Shown piece after piece: positions 9,359 to 18,117 of a stretch of 64,000 nucleotides of DNA (position 1 is its first letter; each line of letters opens with the position of its first letter). The stretch covers positions 5,305 through 69,304 of the forward strand of contig CAYXGG010000007.1 in assembly GCA_964464475.1 (NCBI GenBank). Direction: 5' to 3'. Source of the stretch: an uncultured Planctomycetales bacterium (lineage in GTDB: Bacteria; Omnitrophota; Gorgyraeia; Zapsychrales; JAHFFX01). The notes under the pieces are model-generated. The model ran no database searches, was not told the origin of the DNA, and was given only the letters and a program-made list of their open reading frames with translations. The position numbers were made by a program, and so were the translations under genes.

Positions 9359-9390
9359 ATTCATTTTTTTTTGAAAGCGTTTTCAGGCGA

Positions 9391-10641
9391 CTACCCCCTA
9401 CCTAGCTGGGTAATATTGAACATGGGCAGAAACATGGCCAAAACAATGACGCCAATGACCGCTCCCATGAAAACCAACATAAATGGTTCCACCATGGTCG
9501 CAAACCGTTTCATAAAGGTTTCCACTTGCCGTTGATAAAAGGCGGAAACATGCTTAAGCATTTTGCTTAATTCACCGGTTTCTTCACCGACCATGATCAT
9601 TTGGATGGCCATCGGAGGAAAGAATTCACTGCGTTGCATGGGTCCCACCAGCAATTCGCCTTCGCGAACGCCTTCTTTGATGTCGCCCACAATTTTCTCG
9701 CAGGTTTTGTTGTTTACGAGTCTTTGTGTAATATCCAACGCATAAAGAATCGGGACGCCGCTGTCAATAAGGATGGACATTTGAGAGGAAAAGCGTTCAA
9801 CAACAATTAATTTAAAAACACGGCCAAAGGAAGGCATATTAAAAAGAAAACTTTCAAACTGCAACTGACCTTTGGGAGTTTCGATGAGCTTCTTGATTAA
9901 AAAAACAACGATTCCTATAACCCCAACCAAAATAAAGAATTTATTTTTAATAAAATTAAATACCGTTAAGAGAATTTGAGTGATGAGCGGAAGCTTAACC
10001 CCAAATGATTTAAAAATTTCTTCAAAGCGAGGGCCAACGAAGAAGGCAAAAAACCCGATCGCCCCTACGGCGACAAAAAACAAAATGGCCGGATAGATGA
10101 TGGCCGACACGATAGTTTTATTGAATTCGTCTTGCTGCTCCATGTAAAAAGCCAGCTTTTCTAAAACCAGGGGCATCGTCCCGGAAGCTTCCCCGACTTC
10201 AATCAAGCTAACCCAAAATTGATTAAAAGCTTTAGGATGCTTTCCTAGACTTGAACTTAAGGACGCACCCTGCTCAACATCCTTACGAACTTCCGTCAGA
10301 ATCTCAAAAAGCGTCTTACTTTCAACTTGGGAAACGATAACGTCCAGGCTGCGCAGTAAGGTAACTCCCGATTCAAGCATGGTAGCTAACTGGCGGGCGA
10401 AAATCAGCAAATCTTCAATGATAATGTTGTTGTGAGTAAAACTTTCTTTCTTTTTTTTCTTTTCTTGTTGATCTTCGGTCGGAGGTTTTTTGGGTGCTTG
10501 GGCTTTGACTTCATCGACACTAATGACAAAATAACCTTCTGATTGCAGGCGTTCAATCAGGCTTTCTTCAGATAAAGCCTCTCCCATCTCGGAGATGGTC
10601 CGTCCGGAAGAATCTTTAACGACATATGAGTATTTGGCCAC
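9391..10641 (-). CDS. pilC: Type IV pilus / T2SS inner-membrane platform protein (GspF/PilC family)
   Basis: 416 aa with the two repeated cytoplasmic GspF domains and three TM segments. Its position directly after the PilB ATPase fits the family arrangement. Confidence 0.85.
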   Translation of the reverse strand: MAKYSYVVKDSSGRTISEMGEALSEESLIERLQSEGYFVISVDEVKAQAPKKPPTEDQQEKKKKKESFTHNNIIIEDLLIFARQLATMLESGVTLLRSLDVIVSQVESKTLFEILTEVRKDVEQGASLSSSLGKHPKAFNQFWVSLIEVGEASGTMPLVLEKLAFYMEQQDEFNKTIVSAIIYPAILFFVAVGAIGFFAFFVGPRFEEIFKSFGVKLPLITQILLTVFNFIKNKFFILVGVIGIVVFLIKKLIETPKGQLQFESFLFNMPSFGRVFKLIVVERFSSQMSILIDSGVPILYALDITQRLVNNKTCEKIVGDIKEGVREGELLVGPMQRSEFFPPMAIQMIMVGEETGELSKMLKHVSAFYQRQVETFMKRFATMVEPFMLVFMGAVIGVIVLAMFLPMFNITQLGRG

Positions 10642-10656
10642 GGGCGTCGGTTAAGA

Positions 10657-12390
10657 TTATAGGTTGGCGGTTATACTTAAAACTTCATCAACGCTAGTCA
10701 GGCCATCTTCGACCCGTTTGAGCCCGGCTTCAAAGAGAGTGTCCATACCGTTTTTTCGGGCGGCATCCTTGATTTGGACGTACGTTGCGCGTTCCCCTAT
10801 TAATTTGCGGATGGTGTCATCCACCATGAGAACTTCGGGAATAACCAAGCGTCCCTTGTACCCGGTGTGATTGCATTCGTGACAGCCTTTGGCTCGGTAA
10901 ATGAGATCGGTATGGAATTTGATCCCGCCGGTCGACTCTTCGGAAGGCTCGTAGGCCTCTTTGCATTTTTGGCAGAGACGTCGACCTAAACGCTGGGCGA
11001 CGATGCACGCGAGTGATGGGGTCAGTAAGTAAGGTTCAATGCCGATATCAATCAAACGAGTAACCGCTGAAGAAGCGTCGTTGGTATGTAAAGTGCTTAA
11101 CACAAAGTGTCCGGTTAGCGCGGCGCGAACACAAATTTGCGCCGTTTCCAAATCTCGGACTTCCCCGACCATGATAACGTCCGGATCTTGGCGTAGGAAA
11201 GCACGTAACGCCGTCGCGAAAGTTAATCCGATGTCCGCTTTGACTCCGACTTGATTGATCCCTTCGATTTTAAATTCCACCGGATCTTCGACCGTCATAA
11301 TATTTTTACGCGGATCAATGGTTTCGTTTAAGGATGAATACAACGTGGTTGATTTTCCGCTTCCGGTTGGCCCTGTGACAAAAAACAACCCATAAGGAAG
11401 CTTTAACGCTTTTCGTAAATGCTCAAGTTGCTTGTTGTCAAAACCAAGGCGACTTAATTCTAATGGAACCGCGTCCTTATCCAAAATTCTCATAACGACT
11501 TTTTCGCCCCAGACCGTTGGAACGGTTGAAACACGCAAGTCTACGGTACGGTTCTCTAGTTTAGCGGCGATGGCCCCATCCTGCGGTAAGCGTTTTTCCG
11601 CGATATCCAATTTGGAAAGAATTTTAATTCTGGAGACTATAGGTAAATGTAAGTGTTTGGCCGGTGGCGGAATTTCATAAAGGGAACCGTCTATACGATA
11701 ACGTAAACGAATGCGGTCTTTGTACGGTTCAATATGAATATCACTCGCCCGTTCATCAATGGCTTGGCGAATGATAAGATCTACGAGTTTAATAACGGGC
11801 GCTTCTTCAGCTTTGGCAATGAGCTTGTCTAAACTGAGTTGCGCTTCGGTCGAGGTGGTTTCCCCTTCCGCGATAATGCTGGCGGTGGAACTGTCCGAAG
11901 TATAAGTGTTCTGAACGACCTCTCCTAGCATCGCGCTGCCACTGGCTTTGACGATGCCGTAAAATTCTTGTAAGGATCTCGTGAGATCATTTTTGGTGGC
12001 CAGCACGATATTGACTTCACATTTGGCAATACGCTTGACGTTATCAATCAACATCAAATCCAAAGGGTCGTTGACGGCAATCGTCAGAAAGTTATTGCTG
12101 ATAGAAAGCGGCAGGACGTTATTCTTTTCGGCAAAATCTTTGGGAATAATTTTGTCTAATCCTTGGTTTGCCTGGGGCTTTAATAAATCATTCTTTTTTG
12201 AAGAATAAGGTAATAATAGTTGCGTCGCCAAGGCGACGATAATGTCCTCTTCCGTGACCACGCCCATTTTGACCAATATTTCCCCGATGCGCCCGCGGGT
12301 TTGTTTTTGGTTCGCAATGGCTTGTTTGAGTTGCTCTTCGGTGAGTAACCCTTGTTGTAAAAGTATTTCGCCTAATTTTAGGTGCGCCAT
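10657..12390 (-). CDS. pilB: Type IV pilus assembly / T2SS ATPase (GspE/PilB family)
   Basis: 577 aa with the N-terminal GSPII_E_N domain (LGEILLQQGLLTEEQL). It has Walker A GPTGSGKSTT, Asp/His boxes, and the tetracysteine motif CQKC...CHEC. Confidence 0.9.
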   Translation of the reverse strand: MAHLKLGEILLQQGLLTEEQLKQAIANQKQTRGRIGEILVKMGVVTEEDIIVALATQLLLPYSSKKNDLLKPQANQGLDKIIPKDFAEKNNVLPLSISNNFLTIAVNDPLDLMLIDNVKRIAKCEVNIVLATKNDLTRSLQEFYGIVKASGSAMLGEVVQNTYTSDSSTASIIAEGETTSTEAQLSLDKLIAKAEEAPVIKLVDLIIRQAIDERASDIHIEPYKDRIRLRYRIDGSLYEIPPPAKHLHLPIVSRIKILSKLDIAEKRLPQDGAIAAKLENRTVDLRVSTVPTVWGEKVVMRILDKDAVPLELSRLGFDNKQLEHLRKALKLPYGLFFVTGPTGSGKSTTLYSSLNETIDPRKNIMTVEDPVEFKIEGINQVGVKADIGLTFATALRAFLRQDPDVIMVGEVRDLETAQICVRAALTGHFVLSTLHTNDASSAVTRLIDIGIEPYLLTPSLACIVAQRLGRRLCQKCKEAYEPSEESTGGIKFHTDLIYRAKGCHECNHTGYKGRLVIPEVLMVDDTIRKLIGERATYVQIKDAARKNGMDTLFEAGLKRVEDGLTSVDEVLSITANL

Positions 12391-12393
12391 AAG

Positions 12394-13890
12394 CTATTTT
12401 ACAGTTTCTGCTTGCGTCAAAGCGTTATCAATCTCTTGTTTTTTATTTGCGGGAATATCCTGTTCTCGGATGATGGGGGTCGTGGAAATTTGTTTTGGTT
12501 TAGGGCTCGTTGGTGTATTTTCTGCAAGAATGTGTGGTGTGATAAAAATAATTAATTCGCGTTCTACCTCAGATTCATCATCATGTCGAAAGGAACGCCC
12601 TAGCACCGGAATATCTCCTAGAAAAGGAACCTTGGTGACGGTCTTGCTTTTGTCTGTTCGCAGCAGTCCTCCGATAATGATCGTTTCGCCGTCATTGATT
12701 TTAAGGATGGATTGCGTGCCGCGCTCTTCGGGATCCCGAAATGTCTCACCGCGAAACGTGCCTCCCAATCGCGCCTGAATGACTTTAGGCGCAATGGCCA
12801 TAGTAATCTCTCCGGTCGTCAGGTTGGCCTGGGGCGTGACTACTAAGAAAACACCCGTTTCAACACGTTCCGCTTCCACGGTCGTGGTGCCCCCCGTGTC
12901 CTGGCTTTGGGTTTCTTGCTTAACGCCAATGGCTTCATCGGTCTTAATTTGAATTTGGGCGGTTTGATTATTGAGGGTGAGAATTCGAGGACGAGCCAGA
13001 TTTTTTGTATCGGAGTTAGTTCTCAAAAATTGTAAAGCCATCGTTAAACCTGAAGCACTAATGGTGCCGACTCGATACTCAGCTTCTTCAAAAGCATATC
13101 CTTTATCCAACAATTTTCTTTGGTTCCAAGGATAGACGGTATCACGTTCACCCCCTTTGAACGTCAATGGGGTTTCTCCAAATTTGACGCCAAGTTTGTC
13201 GGCCGTATTTTTGGCTACATCCAGCATTTCAACTTCGATCAAAATCTGCGGGATGGGTACATCTAATCTGGCCAAGGTTTGCTCGATAAGAGGAAATTGT
13301 CCTGGTACATCAGAAATAATAAAACTATTCGTGCGCGGATCTTCCACTAGGGTTCCGCTGCTGGTAAGGACACTTTTGACAGCGCCCAAAAGCCCGCCAG
13401 GATTTGTTGCCGAGGCGGCAGAACTCCCGGCTGATGAAGAACCTGTGGTGATATCAATCGTATTATTGATTTTGGACGTGCTCACCGAAGCGTGCTTTAA
13501 ACGATAGACGCGGGTAATGGTTGTTCGCTTAGGTTGGTTGGACGGTTTGATGATGTAAATACCACTTCCCGGTTCAATTTCATAGGTCAGGTCATTGGCT
13601 GACAAAATTCTTTCCAAGGCTTCCAAAACGGGAACTTTGTTGAGGAACAGATTGACTTTTTTGGTGCCAATTTCTTGTGAGGCGATAAAGTTAAGGTCGG
13701 ATTGTTGAGAGAGAATTTTTAGGACGTCAGTTAACAGGGCGTCTTTAAAATCCATGGAAATCTTTTTTGAATACTCTGGATAAAGGAAACTACTTTCCTG
13801 CGCGGATGCTAGTGGGGTAATTTTTTCGGACTCAAAGCCGATAGCCAAGACAGAGATGATTCCGAAAAGAAATATGAGTTTTTTGCGCAT
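12394..13890 (-). CDS. pilQ: Secretin (PilQ/GspD family outer-membrane channel)
   Basis: 498 aa with a signal peptide. The C-terminal secretin signature is IIIGGLLRTDKSKTVTKVPFLGDIPVLGRSFRHDDESEVERELIIFITPHIL. Confidence 0.9.
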   Translation of the reverse strand: MRKKLIFLFGIISVLAIGFESEKITPLASAQESSFLYPEYSKKISMDFKDALLTDVLKILSQQSDLNFIASQEIGTKKVNLFLNKVPVLEALERILSANDLTYEIEPGSGIYIIKPSNQPKRTTITRVYRLKHASVSTSKINNTIDITTGSSSAGSSAASATNPGGLLGAVKSVLTSSGTLVEDPRTNSFIISDVPGQFPLIEQTLARLDVPIPQILIEVEMLDVAKNTADKLGVKFGETPLTFKGGERDTVYPWNQRKLLDKGYAFEEAEYRVGTISASGLTMALQFLRTNSDTKNLARPRILTLNNQTAQIQIKTDEAIGVKQETQSQDTGGTTTVEAERVETGVFLVVTPQANLTTGEITMAIAPKVIQARLGGTFRGETFRDPEERGTQSILKINDGETIIIGGLLRTDKSKTVTKVPFLGDIPVLGRSFRHDDESEVERELIIFITPHILAENTPTSPKPKQISTTPIIREQDIPANKKQEIDNALTQAETVK

Positions 13891-13902
13891 AAAGTCCTCA
13901 GG

Positions 13903-14388
13903 TTATTTATTGTACAGAATTCGAAATTTTCTTCCCTCGAACAGTACTTCGACCCCCTTCTCCGTAATGTTCGTGATCGTAGCTTCGCTGATTTTTTGTC
14001 CTACGGAAACCACTTGGTTGTTGACGATGGCTTGGGGTTGGTCACTATTCCATACAATACCATTGATAGAGAAATTGGGTAGTTTAATGTTCTTAATTTT
14101 TTCTTTAGGGGTGGCGGGCGCTTGATCTTTCGGTGGCAAAGTCGGTAATTTAGTTTGGCCGTTGGTATTCGTGGCGGGATCCAGCTTGGGTGGTGGTAAT
14201 GGTTTAGGAGGCAACCGTTCAGAAAAAGGATTTTCTAGTTTATCTAAATCGGTATCGGTTAGAGAGTATTTAGCCAGAGTCTTGTCTTGAGCCGCGGTTA
14301 ATATCTCTTCAGCCCCATGAGTCGCGTTCAATTTTCCCAAAGCACCAAGTAACATAACCAGGACTAGGATTCTGTTGAGTTTCTTCAT
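13903..14388 (-). CDS. PilP-like (GspC-like) periplasmic pilus assembly protein
   Basis: 161 aa with a signal peptide, a Pro-rich linker (PPKPLPPPKLDP) and a C-terminal beta domain. Its position between the PilO-like gene and the secretin matches the pilMNOPQ order. Confidence 0.55.
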   Translation of the reverse strand: MKKLNRILVLVMLLGALGKLNATHGAEEILTAAQDKTLAKYSLTDTDLDKLENPFSERLPPKPLPPPKLDPATNTNGQTKLPTLPPKDQAPATPKEKIKNIKLPNFSINGIVWNSDQPQAIVNNQVVSVGQKISEATITNITEKGVEVLFEGRKFRILYNK

Positions 14389-14981
14389 GGGATTTTTTTA
14401 AAATTAATGGTTTCCACTTCTAATTGTCCGCTGATGATGCTTTCGGGTATCTTTTCTCCCGGAGCTGGATCAGGTGGGGTATCCATGGTAGCCCGCCAGA
14501 ATTTGACTAACAAATTTTCTGGAGCTTGTTCAATCTTATTAATAAAACGTAATATTTGCGGATAGGATGTTCCGGTAAAACTTAATTTAAGATTGATTTT
14601 TGAAAAATGAGGTTTATTGATTTTGTCGGCTGGAGAGAAATTGAGGATTTTGACCTCGGTTTCGGTAGCTAGATCGCTCAAAAAATCAATGAGCGGCTCT
14701 GTCTCCATTCCAGATTTCAGGTTGGCAATAAATTCTTTTTGTTCTTTTTGTTTAGCGTCATGAGACGCGATAACTTTAAGCTTTTTTTCAAGTTCAAGAA
14801 TTTTGGTATTATTTTGGCTGTTTTCAGTCATTTTTCCGTTTAAAATTTTAAAACTAGCAAACAACGCCAGCAAGATCATCAGGCCTTTAATCGCGTTCAG
14901 CGGATTTTGCAGGATGGTATTCTGGATTTTCTCCAGATTAATGTCTTTAATGTCTATTTTATTTAAGTCGTTGATGTTCAT
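14385..14981 (-). CDS. PilO-like (GspM-like) inner-membrane pilus assembly protein
   Basis: 198 aa with a single N-terminal TM (LMILLALFASFKIL), a coiled-coil region and a periplasmic domain. It lies downstream of the PilM-N fusion. Confidence 0.55.
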   Translation of the reverse strand: MNINDLNKIDIKDINLEKIQNTILQNPLNAIKGLMILLALFASFKILNGKMTENSQNNTKILELEKKLKVIASHDAKQKEQKEFIANLKSGMETEPLIDFLSDLATETEVKILNFSPADKINKPHFSKINLKLSFTGTSYPQILRFINKIEQAPENLLVKFWRATMDTPPDPAPGEKIPESIISGQLEVETINFKKIP

Positions 14982-16559
14982 TTATTCACAAGTTATTGAA
15001 AAGGCGGTAATGGATTTGTCTTTTATCGTGACACTGGTTGCTGATTTTAAAGAGATTTTGTTGAAATTCTCTGCGAAATCCGGGTCGTTGCGTAAGTTGG
15101 TGATGAAAGAATTGACGATTTTTATTTGCTGATTAAGTATTTCGTTATAAGCCAATCCGTTCATTTCAATAAAGATCCTAGGAACCAGGATATCCTTATC
15201 TTCAGGAGTTGAAGGCAGTCCTTTCTGTTCATTGATAGCAGATTGTGGTAAATCGCGCAGAGAGATTTGTAGGTCCTTGATCCATACTCCTTTGGGAAGC
15301 ATCTTGGGGATTTTTGCCAAAAAGTAAGCGAGATGACTTTCAGTATTAACGCTTCGATACTCCAGAGTTGTTTTTTCAATGGCGCTGATTTTTTCTTCAA
15401 TCTTTTTGCTGTCAAGGTCTTTAAATAGGCCTTGCTTGGCGGATAATTCGGTGAGTTTTTTTTGAGAATCCAACCCCAAAAATTTAGTTCCGCCAATCGT
15501 CAGCCCCACGATCGCGGCACAAATACCTAAAACCTGAGCGAGTCCGATAATGTCCTCTTTGCTCAACTTAAGTTTAAATTCGGTTTTTTGGGGTTTTGTG
15601 GGGCCTTGGGCTAGGTCAAATTTAATGGGTAAAGCAATACTATCTTTTAAACAAGCGCCGAATGAATTTAAGTAATGAATAGACTGGGCCTCGGCAATGT
15701 TAAGTAATTCTTTGTGGTCAAAGGCCTGAGTGGGTATCCCCAAATCATCTTGCAGGCTTTTCGTAAGCTCTGGGGAGGGGTTTTGCGCGATGATAATTAA
15801 GTGGTTAATTTTTTCTTGAGTAAATTGACGGGAAAAATAATCCAGCGAGATGCGAACCTCATTAAAGATACGGGCGTTGATGAGTTCAGCTTCATCCCCC
15901 GCTGTTCTTATCGCGGCGGGATTAGTCGTAAAAGTAAAATCTCGGATGAATTGTGGAATGCCCTGGTCAATAATCAATATTTTCCCTTCGCCAGGGAGTA
16001 TTTCGATTAACGCGAGCTTCTGATCCTGTAGAGATTTGGTTTTAATAAGCAAACAACGTAAAAGACTTAATGAGGCGGGTTCAATGCTGCTGACTTTGAG
16101 CCCGGACTGCTCCAATAACCCACAATATTTGTCGAGTAGGTCATGACGGATAGCTACAAAATAAATACGGATTTTACGGATGGCTTTCTCATTAAAAATT
16201 GATGAAAAGTAAGTGTAGGCGATTTCATCTAGCTTGAAGGGAATGTATTTTCGGACTTCAAACTCAACGATATTTTTTACTTCATTGGCGCTCACCCAGG
16301 GGATGATAAAGGAACGAAAGATGACATCGTGCGAAGATAAAGCCAAGACAACATCGGTGGTGGTAACTTTTTGTTCGCGTAGTGATTTCTGAACATTCCC
16401 GACAAACTTGATGTCTTCGGGAACCTCTTTGTCCGAAGGACTGTCTGTTTTGGCAAATAGATTATGTGTAATCGAAAAGAGGCTTTTCAGGCTTTGGTTT
16501 TCGACCTCGGTCAGGTAAAATTCGGAATTGGAGAAAAACGCTCCTAATTTCTTTGACAT
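14982..16559 (-). CDS. PilM-PilN fusion protein (actin-like cytoplasmic domain + TM + periplasmic domain; GspL-like architecture)
   Basis: 525 aa. The first 330 aa or so resemble the PilM actin-like ATPase fold (VVLALSSHDVIFRSF..., IEPASLSLLRCLL). A TM helix (IIGLAQVLGICAAIVGLTIGG) follows, then a PilN-like C-terminus of about 170 aa. Confidence 0.65.
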   Translation of the reverse strand: MSKKLGAFFSNSEFYLTEVENQSLKSLFSITHNLFAKTDSPSDKEVPEDIKFVGNVQKSLREQKVTTTDVVLALSSHDVIFRSFIIPWVSANEVKNIVEFEVRKYIPFKLDEIAYTYFSSIFNEKAIRKIRIYFVAIRHDLLDKYCGLLEQSGLKVSSIEPASLSLLRCLLIKTKSLQDQKLALIEILPGEGKILIIDQGIPQFIRDFTFTTNPAAIRTAGDEAELINARIFNEVRISLDYFSRQFTQEKINHLIIIAQNPSPELTKSLQDDLGIPTQAFDHKELLNIAEAQSIHYLNSFGACLKDSIALPIKFDLAQGPTKPQKTEFKLKLSKEDIIGLAQVLGICAAIVGLTIGGTKFLGLDSQKKLTELSAKQGLFKDLDSKKIEEKISAIEKTTLEYRSVNTESHLAYFLAKIPKMLPKGVWIKDLQISLRDLPQSAINEQKGLPSTPEDKDILVPRIFIEMNGLAYNEILNQQIKIVNSFITNLRNDPDFAENFNKISLKSATSVTIKDKSITAFSITCE

Positions 16560-16646
16560 TTGTCTACTAATATACCGATTTATGGTTCGAAAACAATAAA
16601 CAAAAGCGGTTTTTTGAGGAGGAGAAGATTGGGGTGCTAGGTTAGA

Positions 16647-16958
16647 TTAAAACGTGCCTGATGACGCCGTAATAAGCGTTCCGGCTTTGACTGTACTGAC
16701 GTTATAATTTTTGCCGTCTAAAGGCAGATAAAGAATAATTGATGTTGGGTTAAGCCCGCGATACACGTCATCAGCGTGGTTGAGGCTGGCGGCTAGGAGT
16801 AGCTGTTCGTATTTAATGCGGTCAATTTGACGTTGTCCTAGAGTGACTTCGCTGACGTTGGTGGACACAATACCCATGACCAAAATCATCATGACGCTGG
16901 TAAACATGAGAATCGTGACCAGAATGACACCGTTTTTATTCTTAAGAAGTTTATTCAT
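16647..16958 (-). CDS. PilX-like minor pilin (PilX_N-type N-terminal helix)
   Basis: Start set at MNKLLKNKNGVILVTILMFTSVMMILVMGIVS (cat at 16956-16958), giving 103 aa. The G-x-I-L-V-T-I-L hydrophobic N-terminus lacks E+5 and matches the PilX_N pattern. The tracked ORF extends 16 aa further upstream. Confidence 0.5.
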   Translation of the reverse strand: MNKLLKNKNGVILVTILMFTSVMMILVMGIVSTNVSEVTLGQRQIDRIKYEQLLLAASLNHADDVYRGLNPTSIILYLPLDGKNYNVSTVKAGTLITASSGTF

Positions 16959-17214
16959 GGGTATTTTTGCTTTTTGTCGCCCTAATATCCTCTTTGAGAT
17001 TAACATAACTTTTGCAGCGGGGACAAATGCTTATTTCTGTTTTTCGGTAATTTAAGAAAATAAAGGTACAGTAAGGGCAAATTTCAACAATCGTGCTCAG
17101 CTTGGTGTTTTCTTCTTTCCTGGTTAAATTATAAAACACTCCCCCTGCACTCACAAGTAGCAAGATGGAAAAAAAATAAACACTTAATGCCAGGCTAAAA
17201 TCTAGCGTGATCAT
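16951..17214 (-). CDS. Small membrane protein with C4 zinc-ribbon (CPYC...CPRC)
   Basis: 87 aa with an N-terminal TM (LALSVYFFSILLLVSAGGVF), followed by CPYC-x19-CPRC. It has a 4 bp overlap with the upstream gene and an 8 bp overlap with the PilX-like gene. Confidence 0.5.
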   Translation of the reverse strand: MITLDFSLALSVYFFSILLLVSAGGVFYNLTRKEENTKLSTIVEICPYCTFIFLNYRKTEISICPRCKSYVNLKEDIRATKSKNTHE

Positions 17215-17660
17215 TGGGAAGTCCCCGGCCCGCGCAAAGGTAGATACGCGGGAGGATTTTCTAGATCTTTGAGGATGGGATGTGCAGGATCAGGTTGATG
17301 TAAGTTCTCTTCAGGAAATAGATTCTTGAGCGCCTTCTTTGCTGAAGGCGCCGTGTACCCAGGCTTTGTCAGGGGATCCGGAGTGTTTGTTTTTCCCAGC
17401 TGGGTTGGCAGAAATAACTGTTCTGTTGAGGACTCTATCCCTGCTTTTTGGGTAAAAACTTTACTAGCAGAAACATCTTCAGGAGACAGAAAGGCTCCCA
17501 TAAATAATAATTGAGGCATCTGGGGATCCGGCTTGTTGGGAAAGACAAAAGTAACAAAATAAGTCAAAACTAAGTGTCCCATTAAGGACACCAGCAGGGC
17601 CCCCATAAAAAATTTTGAAAATGACAGAGACAAAGAATCAGTTAATTTGATTGGTGGCAA
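17211..17660 (-). CDS. TonB/TolA-like N-terminal membrane anchor protein (TM + Pro-rich region), 149 aa
   Basis: TM helix FFMGALLVSLMGHLVLTYFVTFVF followed by PNKPDPQMPQ and further Pro-rich low-complexity sequence. It sits in the third position of an exbB-exbD-tonB-like triplet. No recognisable TonB C-terminal domain is present. Confidence 0.4.
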   Translation of the reverse strand: MPPIKLTDSLSLSFSKFFMGALLVSLMGHLVLTYFVTFVFPNKPDPQMPQLLFMGAFLSPEDVSASKVFTQKAGIESSTEQLFLPTQLGKTNTPDPLTKPGYTAPSAKKALKNLFPEENLHQPDPAHPILKDLENPPAYLPLRGPGTSQ

Positions 17661-18117
17661 TGTTGATGCGTTCGATGCCTAATTCACGACACAAATTCCA
17701 GATTTCCACGACCCTGCCCACCGAAGCTCGACGGTCAGATTTGATAAGTAGCGGGCGGCGGGACGCGTTGTTTTCGGTTAATTGTTGTTTAAGTTCTTGA
17801 ATCGTTACTACGCGGTTATTGAAGTACAGCACATTTTCGCTAGAGATCGTAATGATTTGATTTTCATCACGGAGAATATCACTAGTGACCGTGCGGGGTA
17901 GTTGAACATTCATTCCCGCTTGAACCGCAAAAGGTGTTGTCAGCATAAAATAAAATAGGAGTAGAAGAACAACATCGATAAGCGGAGTTATGACTAGGGG
18001 GCCAAGTCCGAACTGCTGTTGCAGATTTCGTTTAAATTTCAACCGCTTCTTCTCCGTTTTTAAGTTTGTGGGCTGCATCCGTTGCGTTGAGTTGGGAAAA
18101 AAATTGAAGTAATTCAC
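17638..18117 (-). CDS. exbD: Biopolymer transport protein ExbD/TolR family
   Basis: 159 aa, with the GPLVITPLIDVVLLLLFYFMLT TM motif and the ExbD periplasmic domain. The tracked ORF overlaps exbB by 86 bp, so the true start may be the internal MQPTN at 18078 or a non-ATG codon. Confidence 0.8.
   Translation of the reverse strand: MNYFNFFPNSTQRMQPTNLKTEKKRLKFKRNLQQQFGLGPLVITPLIDVVLLLLFYFMLTTPFAVQAGMNVQLPRTVTSDILRDENQIITISSENVLYFNNRVVTIQELKQQLTENNASRRPLLIKSDRRASVGRVVEIWNLCRELGIERINIATNQIN

Noticed and set aside
9233-9390. Sigma-54 promoter upstream of the major pilin
   Set aside because: I searched the reverse complement for TGGCAC-N5-TTGC and found no GG-N10-GC match; only a sigma-70-like TATAAT.
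12242-12778. 178 aa plus-strand ORF and the many other 60-140 aa plus-strand ORFs in 1-48 kb
   Set aside because: All lie antisense inside confidently identified minus-strand genes (pilB/pilQ and others) and have Cys/Ser/Arg-rich composition typical of antisense noise.
16560-16646. Terminator between the PilX-like gene and pilM (CAAAAGCGGTTTTTTG)
   Set aside because: The stem is only about 5 bp of A-U pairs, too weak to call. The region may simply carry an internal promoter (TATATT at 16569-16574 on the minus strand).
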